This document shows, one piece after another, positions 49,286 through 59,461 of a DNA stretch of 64,000 bases (positions are counted from its first letter, which is position 1; the number at the start of each line of letters is the position of its first letter). The DNA comes from Octopus bimaculoides (Eukaryota): positions 17,548,793-17,612,792 of the forward strand of contig NC_069003.1 of NCBI RefSeq assembly GCF_001194135.2, in the 5' to 3' direction. A model generated the notes under the pieces. It did not search any database, was not told where the DNA came from, and was given only the letters and a program-made list of their open reading frames with translations. Position numbers and translations under genes: made by a program.

Positions 49286-49959
49286 CCTCATACTTATTGA
49301 GGTCTTTGGTAAAAAAATACTTTCTGCAAAGAAATATTTTTGTTATTTCTGCATGATATTTCTAATGTGTGTGTGTGTGTGTGCGCGTGCTTTCATGGTT
49401 TCACATTTGATAAAGTAGAATTCCAATTAAAATGCTGTTACCATAGGAAAAAGTATCTGGGGAGCCAATCTGAGAACCACTGATACATGTTTCCATGTCA
49501 ACCACATTAATAAACAGGAATTGATTAAAAAAAAAAACACAACACAAAAAAGACACAACTGGTTCCCAGGCCCAACAGTGGATCTGTCCACTTTGAAGGT
49601 CAGAAAAACTGAGAAATAAGTAATAAATGAATTATATTCTGATATGGTAACAAGGTTAGTGAATAGGTCAGATATATATCAATATGCCAATGATAATGTC
49701 GTTAGTATTACTAACATTAACAAAGCCACCATTAATGAAGCCATTGAAAGTTTTGGCAGCCATTTGTGTGTATGTGTGAGGTGAGATAAGTTTGCTATGT
49801 TCTCTCTCTCTCTCTCCCTCCAATTGTCTCTTATAAGAGCAAACACTTTGCATGTCTCCTACATCTCTCATACCAAACTTTCTCTTCTTCTAATCAATCC
49901 CTGACACATAACAGCACTATGTTCTTTCTCATACACTCCACTACACAACACCTTTTTCT

Positions 49960-50240
49960 CTTTCTCTCTGGCCCACCCACTCACTAATTCCACTCTCCCT
50001 CTCTCTTTCTCTCTCATTCAACCTTCACTCTCCCTCACTCACCCACTCATTCATTCAACCCTCATCTCTCAATCTCAATCATTCCACCCTATCTCTCACT
50101 TAATCAACTCACTCTCTCTTGTTTGATCACCTTTTTTCTCATTCACACATTCACTCAACTCCATCTTTCTCTTTCTCTCGCTCTCTCTCTCCCTCCCTCC
50201 CTCCCTCAATCACTTCTTCTTTCTCTCACTTACTCAGTCT
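49960..50240. repeat. TC/TCA-rich low-complexity tract
   Basis: Direct inspection. Confidence 0.85.
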
Positions 50241-50352
50241 CTACCTCAGAGCAAAGTTTCACTTTGATTCAAGAGAAACACAAATAAGAATGAAAAGATT
50301 AAAAACAAAACAAAAAAACAAAAAAAAAAACTCAAAATGACATGCCACTCAC

Positions 50353-50419
50353 CCCTTGCTCAGCTTCCACAAACATTTGTAAGTCCTCGAGTGACATAAA
50401 CTCAGAATTTGTTGCATAC
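50353..50419 (-). CDS. PLCL: PLCL-type PLC exon 2 in window (EF-hand region)
   Basis: cttcAG / GTGAG. Encodes (R)YATNSEFMSLEDLQMFVEAEQG; 67 nt, phase 2 to 0, in frame with both neighbours. Confidence 0.93.
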
Positions 50420-51314
50420 CTGAAGCAATAATGAAAAGCAGAGGCCATTAACATGTTATTTTAGTTATGAAAGTAGAAAGGTGTCCTTGCTGGTTTTTAA
50501 CTTAAACTCAAGCCAACTAGACTAGCATTTAGACATGGCAGACTAAGACTTGTAGCTTTGAAAAAAAGAAAAGAATCAAACTAATGTGAAAAAAACATAC
50601 ATAAGAAAACAAATAAATATAGGCATGGGTATGGCTGTGTGGTTTAAGGGGCGTGCTTCTCAACTATGTGGTCTTAGGTTCAGTTCCAGTATAGGTAAAA
50701 GTTTTCTAATGTATCCCAATGCAGACAAAATGAGTAATATAAATGTATGGAAGCTGAATGAAATCTGCTGTATAATGTGTGTGTGTGCATGCATCTGGGT
50801 CAATGTCTACATTATGCCTTTCACATAAGAAATGCACTGAGCAACAGCTTATTGATAGAAGAGGTGACAGGGATAGAGAGATAGAGAGATGGATAGATGG
50901 ATGTTTGTGTGTGTATGTGTAAGTGTGTATGTGTATATACCATATAAGTCAGTGTACAGGACAGAAATTGAACCTTAAGAAAATAGCCCCCAAACCAGAG
51001 GTCATAATAAACATTGAGTATAAAATTCACACCTTAACATACTGTAGTTTATAGTGTCACCAACAGTAATGGAGAACAGCATAAAACACTTGCACAACTC
51101 ATATGGTCCTACAGTTAAATATTTTCCACTGAAACTGAACAGATATGTTTGGGAAGCTGGATTAATGTAAAGTTATATAAAAATTAAAAAATATTTTATA
51201 ACCTTTTAGATAACAGCAACAAGACAAGTTTGCTGACATAGACCAGTCACCAGTTGCAAAAGTGACAATGATGAGCAGTAAACAATTAGTTAATGCATCA
51301 AGGGTGAAAAACTG

Positions 51315-51425
51315 ATTTCAAATTTTAGCATAAGGCCAGAATTTTGGGGGAAATTTTGTATTACATTGACCACACTGCTCAACTGTTACTGCCCAGCATG
51401 GCAATGATTCTGCCATCTTGCCACC
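51315..51425 (-). mobile_element. Internally deleted S1 SINE
   Basis: ttcaaattttagcataaggccag...atgattctgccatcttgcc. Confidence 0.65.
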
Positions 51426-51565
51426 TTATCATGAATGAAATATTGCTAGTAGACTTATACAGTGAGTAAAGCTTAAAGCCTACATTTTAAAAAGAAATTC
51501 TGGGGCTTTCTTAGTTACCCATTTGGCTTGTACACCAGCAGACATGTGCATGTGTGTATATACAT

Positions 51566-51612
<47 letters not shown>

Positions 51613-52333
51613 TTGTAAACTGGTCTGCTAGTAGTGAAAACCCCGCAACCTATAATAGTGTGTCACTAAAACCAAAAGAATTTTTATAACCATATCTATG
51701 TATATTGTTTACTCCTTCCCTTTCCTTATGAGGAAAGGGCAGGTGCCCTCTTAAGCTTTGAATCACTAGGTCTGATAAGATGAAACAAAAAAAATAATAA
51801 AATCAGTTAAAATCTGCTTGGAATTAATTACTAGCCTGTATGGTCTGGCTAAGTCAAAATGGTTTTTTGTATTCTTCCTTTCTACTTGAAGTGTTTAAAT
51901 GTAGTTACAATAATATGTCCTTCTGTTGAAATGAAATTTCAGTAAATTTCTATATCTTTGAGGATTGCTCTGCATTTTACATTTAATGTAATGCTCACAT
52001 TGCTTAAATAAATGGAGTCGCATGAAACAATCGTACTGCATTAACTTTGAATATCCTTGTTGCTTATTTTGATTATATATATACACGGCAAATAAGAAAG
52101 TTGAGAGGATATAAAATCAACAGACATCAACTGCTAAACATTCCAGTATGTTTATTTATTCAAATGTATTGGATGAATACACACACATATATTAATGGTA
52201 CAGATTATCAAGTAGAAAAAGTTGGTAGTTGCATAAACAAGGGTGTGGGAGCATATAAGCATATAGGAACAAGGGAGCAATTGAGCAAATGAACAGATTG
52301 TCAAAAAACTGAATGGGTGGGCAGGTGCTAGTT

Positions 52334-52456
52334 CCTTACGGCCGTTTCTGCCAAGAGGCAACGATACCTTCCAGGTTATCTCCATCTCTTCAGTGTTATG
52401 TAGGGATGACCAGATAAGGCTTAGATAATGAATGTGCCCCTAGGCTTCTTCAGAGG
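52334..52456 (-). ncRNA. Type I hammerhead ribozyme candidate
   Basis: Minus strand: cct-CTGAAGA-a-gcctaggggca...tgcctcttggc-a-GAAA-CGGCCG-TA-agg. It has an 11-position stem II, a palindromic stem III (ACGGCCGT), a GUA triplet and a 3 bp stem I. Confidence 0.7.
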
Positions 52457-52679
52457 GTCTAAGTGGTGGGGCTAACACATATAAATGCCAGTTAATAATA
52501 GCAACAGTGTGTTTGTCTTTTTAAAATAGAGTAGAAGAAGAAGAATGGTAAGAATAAGAACAAGCATGAGAATACAAGCGAAGTACATCATAATATAATG
52601 ATTTGGGCATAGCAAGGGGAAATAAGATATAGACTTCCTGTGATGTATTATAAGATCCATGTTATTTCATCCAGTGGTG

Positions 52680-53120
52680 GATAGGTGAATATAGTTGTTC
52701 TCAGGAGGAGTTTTTACAGGAAAGGTAATTTTAGGCAGTAGTTCACATTATGTTTCCATAGAACTTCAGTGGTGAATTTGATGGTATGGTCCATGTTATG
52801 GAGGTGAAAATTTAGTAGGTGTAACGTTGCAGAGGGTATGGCATAAGTAGCTTATGATGAACCTATCTTAGGAAATTTGGTACATGAGTCCAACCCATGC
52901 TAGCATGGAAAGCGGACATTAAACAATGATGATGATGATGATGATGAGTGTATCAATGAGGGAAAGGAACCAGGAGAGGTCAAAGTGCGATGTTAGTGTT
53001 TGATACTTGTTTGCCGATCAACAAGTCTCGAAATCCCTATGTGTAGTGGGGTGGGATCATGGTCAGTCCTACAACCTAATTGGTCAGGTCATTATTTGAA
53101 AACAATGGCATGGTTCTGGT
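52680..53120 (-). pseudogene. Highly decayed Penelope-like RT fragment, interrupted by a short RTE tail (52890-52950)
   Basis: LNFHLHNMDHTIKFTTE resembles the PLE RT segment LNS.HP.IKFT.E. Confidence 0.45.
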
Positions 53121-53387
53121 TCATTGATGTTTAACAAATAAAACAATGGCCAGCAGGGGTAAGTGAACAAGCGAAATAAAACTAATAAAACAAATAAATA
53201 AGATAACTAAAGCAACTAAAACGATGGAAAGAGAATCCTATAGGATAGCATAAGAAAAGAATATAAACATATAAAAATATAAAACATATATCTATCTATC
53301 GGGGGAATCTGCTGTAAATGGTTAAACATCCAGTATATTGGATAGGTACTATCCCTTAGTTGGTTTCTCAGCCTCTAACTCACAGAG

Positions 53388-53432
<45 letters not shown>

Positions 53433-53779
53433 CACACACACACTTTATTTGTGGAGTAACCAGACTACACCACAAATAAAGAATATTTATCAACTCATTC
53501 TCACTTCCCTTGGTGAAGAGGATTGGCCTGCAAGAACCCTGTGCCAGTGCCATGTTAAAAGCATCCAGCACACACTTTAAAGTGGTTGGTGTTAGGAAGC
53601 CCATCCAGCCATAGCAACCAAGCCAAATCAGACTGGAACCTGGTGCAGCTCTCCACCTTGTCAGCTCGGGACAAACCATCCAATCCAGACGTTCAAGGAT
53701 GATGATGACAATGATATATGTATAAAGGTCGTTTGCGAAAGGTCGAGGTAGGGGACCTATGGTTGCAGTCATGGTGGGT

Positions 53780-54170
53780 TGCGTAGGTATGATAGAATGT
53801 ACTTTATTTCGTGCAGACAAGGATTAAACACCTCACTCCTGCTACTGAGGTAAATATCTGGGCATTGAGTGTCTTTTAAAATCGCCCTCTTCTCAGCCAG
53901 GCATAATCTGCACTTCCTACTACAGCTTGCATCTTTCTATGATCTTCCACTTTATGCTGTACTCTGTGGTACTTTCTTTTAAAGCCCAGACATGCTTGGC
54001 TAGGGTTGTGGCGTTATGTCTCTCTGGGATGTTGAATGAAAACTTGTGGTTATTAAAGCGGGTTCTGAAGGAGCCTTCCGTTGTGCCCACATATTTCCAC
54101 ATGCTCGGTTGTCCATTGGGTCCTGTTGCTGTTACAAAGATTTTAGAACTAGCTTTTTTGCTTGTTATAT
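53780..54170 (-). pseudogene. Penelope-like GIY-YIG endonuclease remnant 1
   Basis: KYVGTTEGSFRTRFNNHKFSF...TTLAKHVWALKE...IKWKII, then RKCRLCLAEKRAILK...RSEVFNPCLH in an adjacent frame. Confidence 0.85.
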
Positions 54171-54348
54171 ATATATATATCTCTATGTAAACAAGCGTTC
54201 TTATTCCTAAAGCCCATGGAATAATATCATTGACCCCTTTATATCTCTATGTAAACAAACCTTCTAACGGTCACTGACCATGTAACATCTCTGCTCGTAA
54301 GTTACCTCATCATTTCGTTTTTGTCTTGCTATTATATGTTTTATTATG

Positions 54349-54439
54349 AACTCCCTGAAGAGAAATATATGAGGAACCCCAACAGCTCTTTCTTCTTTGT
54401 GAAAGAGCTCTCATTTATTTTGAAACATGTGTAGGAATT
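54349..54439 (+). ncRNA. Type I hammerhead ribozyme candidate
   Basis: aactcc-CTGAAGA-G-aaatatatgag...ctcatttattt-T-GAAA-C-ATGT-GTA-ggaatt. It includes an inner 9 bp hairpin agctctttc/gaaagagct, and stem I has 5 of 6 pairs. Confidence 0.72.
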
Positions 54440-54695
54440 AAAGGAACTTTTATTGACATGCGTTTTGCTCCATTTATTATTATTATCCATATCTTCTCAA
54501 AATGTATCACTTTAACTTGGTATCTCTACCTGTAAAACGGCTGTGATATCTTGGTTTTTAGTGTAATTTTGCTACCTCTGGTAACTATTAACATATTTAA
54601 ATTATCAAAGGTTTTAATAACTGAGATAATATTAATATATGCATAAACTAATATATATATATATATATATATATATTACAACAAAATTTTATATA

Positions 54696-54754
54696 GAGTT
54701 ACCCAAGGTTTCGCACCCACAAAACCAAAGCCTTGGGGACAGCTCACAAGACTC
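54696..54754 (-). ncRNA. Hammerhead-like motif with mutated core
   Basis: gagt-CTTGTGA-GC...gggt-GC-GAAA-CC-TTG-GG-TA-actc. It lies just 3' of GIY-YIG remnant 2 on the same strand. Confidence 0.5.
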
Positions 54755-54759
54755 TTTAT

Positions 54760-55480
54760 GAATACAAAATTTTAAAATATCTATGTCGCAGAGGTGAGGA
54801 AATGCTCAGAACTCAAGGAATACGTACAAATGTTAATGAGTATGGGTTATTTCCCCTTAATCACAAAGGCAAAAAACCCTTTATAGACTCGGAGAGGCCT
54901 AACGAGCAAACGAGGAGATCCAAATGGGCCTGGATGATCAATTAATTTCCACCTGACATCATACAGGGTCCCTTGATCTTTGAGGTGCCACACATGGCAG
55001 GCCAGGGAAGTGACAAACCATCTTTCTGGGATTCTGAAGGATAACTGGTGGTTAAGAAAACATTTCTTGAACGAAGTACTCGCTGGACCAATATATTTAT
55101 AAACATGGGATGGGGCCCTATTCACACTTCTGGTAACATATGGCTCGGAGTTGGTCATCCCATCGGTGTCGAAGATGAATGTTAGCGGAACTGGGAATGG
55201 CAGATACTCCCTCCAAGTAGTTGGTCCTGGATAGGTCATTATTTCTAGGTGCAGCGTTTGTACTGGTCAGGCTATCTGCATCTATGGTTTGCTCATTATC
55301 TGTAGTGGTGGTACTGGGATCTTCAGTGATGCTCTCTGTGATGGTCCTGGCTTGGTTACTATCTACGGGCGTGGCAACTGTATTGGTGTCAGACCTGATT
55401 AATCTGCTAATAATATTGCTGTTTGATGTTACATAAAAAACATTTTATCAAGTACCGACAATACAAGGGAGGAGGCAGGT
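54760..55480 (-). pseudogene. Penelope-like GIY-YIG endonuclease remnant 2
   Basis: YKYIGPASTSFKKCFLNHQLSFRIPER...TSLACHVWHLKDQG...VRWKLI. Confidence 0.8.
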
Positions 55481-55568
55481 TGCTCTTGCAGGGTATATAA
55501 TAACTGTCCAGTAGGAGGCCAATGTGAGGCTGAAGGGGTCATCTAGATCTAATATCCGTAATAACAGT

Positions 55569-55614
55569 AATGTCACATCTTTCGTCACACATCTGTGACC
55601 TCTTCAGTGACACT
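55569..55614 (-). ncRNA. Minimal hammerhead-like motif
   Basis: agtgtca-CTGAAGA-G-GTCACA-gatg-TGTGAC-GAAA-gatg-tgacatt. Stem I is 7 bp and stem II 6 bp; the stem III and cleavage site look mutated. Confidence 0.6.
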
Positions 55615-56289
55615 TTTCATTTTCATGTGTGCTCTTGCTCCACTTACTCCATTCTGTCCTTCTAAGATGTGAATACTTATGTGCGCATGCGTTTGCGTCC
55701 GTGTTTGCATGTGTGTATGTGTAAGTCCTTGATCTTAGCAGCAGTATGGCCCTCTCCTCAGCCCCATCCTCTCACCCCATTGTGCTGCTGCTGTCCTAAG
55801 ACCCGAAAATTTGGTACAATTCCTGTATCCCTTTGCGTTTGCGTGTTCACTCTCTGTGTCTGTGTGTTTGCCCACGGTGTGGCCAACGTGGTAGTTGTTG
55901 TTATTGCCATCATTGTCACTGCCACTGCTGCTGTCATTATCAGTCGTGTTGCTGATATTATTGTGTGTGTGTGTGTATGGGTTCGCTTCTTACGTTGTAT
56001 GTATCCATGCCCTTTATGTAAACTTGTTTATCTATTTATTTTATCTATCTCTATTTCTTATATTTATCAGAGGTATGTGACAAATATATTTATCTATTTA
56101 TATATTTATTTATTTATCTATCTCTATTTCTCATATGTATCACAGGTAAGTGCGTACATATCTATTGTATTTGTATTTCCCTGTATATATCTGTGTATTA
56201 TTTACGAATTTTTTTCTTTTTTTCCCTCTCTCTTCTCTTCCATTCTGTCTTTAGTCATGTGGTATGGTGGTGGGTGTTACTGTTCCATT

Positions 56290-57010
56290 TGTGTTTTCTA
56301 TTGAGGTGCGGTCTGTCTACTGCTATGTGTGTAACCTCTGTGATCTAAGTGTCATGTCAGTTCTATGCGTTGATAATACTTTAACCTCTATGCTATAAAA
56401 TGAGCCTCCATGTTCTGCCTGAGCATGTTGGTAGAGAACTGATGAGCTTTTCTCTTCTTTGAGCTCTTGCCAATATTCACCTATACGCTCTCCTATGCTG
56501 TGTGCAGTCTCTCCAGTGTAGGTAGTTGTCATGTTTCTGCATCATCCCTCAATACATTGTAAGCTATAAACTACATTCCTAACCTTCCAGTTAACTCATG
56601 GGTTCATCCTACATACAACACAACTGTACTCCATACACGGGGACTTATCAAAGGGACAGGTTCTACAGATCAGGGATTTTATAGGGGCACCAGGCCTCTC
56701 TACTACTTTAATCTGTAGATTAACCTTAATGTTTTTATAAAAAGGTATGCTAGTTCGCAGTCAGGGGTAACATCAATGAACATGACACTCTGGTGATTTT
56801 GTTGCCATAACAGGTGTTGGCCTTATTTATGTTATTACTGGTCCTTTCTGTGCTGTTCCAGGACTTACTCCTGTACAGCAGGTAGGATCCCCTTAGTATC
56901 ACTCTCTATGATGGCTTTGTACTTAGTCCTGGCTCCTTTGTACACTCTAATCCTGTCCCTTTGATTGTAGCCAAAGAACTGCATGCGATGGATGAAGTGC
57001 TGCATATGTC
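56290..57010 (-). pseudogene. Penelope-like remnant 3 (RT thumb, Cys-rich linker, GIY-YIG), a different lineage
   Basis: HFIHRMQFFGYNQRDRIRVY, KVVERPGAPIKSLICRTCPF...C.EYSCVVC, RNVVYSLQC...TYTGETAHSIGERIGEY. Confidence 0.8.
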
Positions 57011-57042
57011 TTTCTAATTCCATAGGATCGCAACACAAATTG

Positions 57043-57073
<31 letters not shown>

Positions 57074-57084
57074 TATAAAACCAA

Positions 57085-58750
57085 ATTCGATGACTGGCAC
57101 CCGTGCCTGTGGAGCGCTAACAGCACCATCCGAGCGTGATCATTGCCAGAGCAGTTATCTGGCTTTCGTGCCGGTGGAACTTAAAAGGCACCATTTGACC
57201 ATGATTGTTACCAGCGATGCCTTACTGGCACTTGTGCCGGTGGCATGTGAAAAAACATTCAAGTGAGGTCGATGAGGCATGTTACCACTAGACTGAAACA
57301 GCTGTAAGACATTGTCCCATCTTTGGTCACAAGATGTCCTTTTTAATTACTGAAATGACATATGTCACATGTATTTGTATATTGCTTTTATTGTACTCTT
57401 AGTTGAAAAATAAACAGGTAAATTGACATAATACAATGTCTGCAAGTTGATGAATACCACACATTCCCCTCCATTTTCTTATTGCTATATACATATATAT
57501 ATATATACATACATATATATATATACATATATACATATATATATACATATATACATATACACATATACATATATATACATACATATACATATATATATAC
57601 ATATACATATATATACATATATATACATATACATATATATACATATATATACATATACATATATATACATATATATANNNNNNNNNNNNNNNNNNNNNNN
57701 NNNNNNNNNNNNNNNNNNNNNNNNNNNNNNNNNNNNNNNNNNNNNNNNNNNNNNNNNNNNNNNNNNNNNNNNNNNNNNNNNNNNNNNNNNNNNNNNNNNN
57801 NNNNNNNNNNNNNNNNNNNNNNNNNNNNNNNNNNNNNNNNNNNNNNNNNNNNNNNNNNNNNNNNNNNNNNNNNNNNNNNNNNNNNNNNNNNNNNNNNNNN
57901 NNNNNNNNNNNNNNNNNNNNNNNNNNNNNNNNNNNNNNNNNNNNNNNNNNNNNNNNNNNNNNNNNNNNNNNNNNNNNNNNNNNNNNNNNNNNNNNNNNNN
58001 NNNNNNNNNNNNNNNNNNNNNNNNNNNNNNNNNNNNNNNNNNNNNNNNNNNNNNNNNNNNNNNNNNNNNNNNNNNNNNNNNNNNNNNNNNNNNNNNNNNN
58101 NNNNNNNNNNNNNNNNNNNNNNNNNNNNNNNNNNNNNNNNNNNNNNNNNNNNNNNNNNNNNNNNNNNNNNNNNNNNNNNNNNNNNNNNNNNNNNNNNNNN
58201 NNNNNNNNNNNNNNNNNNNNNNNNNNNNNNNNNNNNNNNNNNNNNNNNNNNNNNNNNNNNNNNNNNNNNNNNNNNNNNNNNNNNNNNNNNNNNNNNNNNN
58301 NNNNNNNNNNNNNNNNNNNNNNNNNNNNNNNNNNNNNNNNNNNNNNNNNNNNNNNNNNNNNNNNNNNNNNNNNNNNNNNNNNNNNNNNNNNNNNNNNNNN
58401 NNNNNNNNNNNNNNNNNNNNNNNNNNNNNNNNNNNNNNNNNNNNNNNNNNNNNNNNNNNNNCCGTAGGATTTTTGAGTGAGATCGTTGCCAGTGCCCCTG
58501 GACTGGCTTGTGCGGGTGGCACATAAAAGACACCATTTCGAGCGTGGCTGTTTTCGTGCGGGTGACACGTAAAAGCACCCACTACACTCTCTGAGTGGTT
58601 GGCGTTAAGAAGGGCATCCAGCTGTAGAAATTCTGCCAAATTAGATTGGAGCCTGGTGTTGCCATCCGGTTTCACCAGTCCTCAGTCAAATCGTCCAACC
58701 CATGCTAGCATGGAAAGCGGACGTCAAACGATGATGATGATGATGATGAT
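57085..58750 (+). mobile_element. RTE-type 3' UTR pieces on both sides of a (TATACA)n tract and gap
   Basis: 62 bp units at 57090-57270 and 58465-58580, tail to (GAT)n at about 58750; (TA/TACA)n at 57488-57677. The two pieces may be separate insertions. Confidence 0.65.
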
Positions 58751-59348
58751 ATATATATATATATATGAATGAGGAATTACACTGTTTATATTGTATTAAG
58801 TGTTTTGAGTCATGGTCTACTCAACATCAGATTTATAATATTCATCATAATCATCATTTAATGATCACTTTTCTATACTTGCATGGGTCAGACAGAGTTT
58901 ATTGACACAGATTATCTATGGCCAGATGCCCTCCCTGTTGCTAACCCTTACCTGTTTCGAAGCAAGGTAATATTTTCCCGTGGGCAGACATGTTCTTGCA
59001 GAATATTGGAAATGAATGAAACTGTTTGGATGACAAAAATTATCATTTACAACTATCAAGTGATGTGAAGACAAGGATACACAAACATACACACACTCTC
59101 TCTCTCTCACACACACACTGTCTCTCTCTCACACACACTCTCTCTCTCACACACACTCACATATATATGAACATGTGCTTCTTTCATTTTCCATCTAACA
59201 AATCCACACGAGACAGGAGCTATTGTAGAAGATACTTGCCCAAGGTATCATGCAGTGGGACTGAACCTGAAACCATGCAATTGGGAAATGAATATCTTTA
59301 TCACATACATGCACAAAAGTAAGAGTTCCAACAGTTTTTCCAACTCAC

Positions 59349-59461
59349 CTCACAAGAAGGAAGTAAATTTCAGGTCTTGTGGAGATTTCCTTAAATAACA
59401 TGATGAATTCTTCCCGATTTAAACGTCCCCGCATTCGTTCACCACGGTTCATTTGTAATTC
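59349..59461 (-). CDS. PLCL: PLC-like (PLCL/PRIP-type) phospholipase C, first exon in window (EF-hand region)
   Basis: tttttcAG acceptor and GTGAG donor. Encodes ELQMNRGERMRGRLNREEFIMLFKEISTRPEIYFLLV(R); 113 nt, phase 0 to 2. TRPEIYFLLV matches vertebrate PLCL1/2 as I recall them. Confidence 0.93.

Noticed and set aside
56480-56620. Selenocysteine recoding of two in-frame TGA codons in PLE remnant 3
   Set aside because: The TGAs are not at conserved Cys positions, are simply explained by CGA-to-TGA decay, and the element has other frameshifts.
573-58675. Long ORFs in the track containing X runs or YI/CV/N/D repeats
   Set aside because: They are read-throughs of N gaps and microsatellites, not genes.
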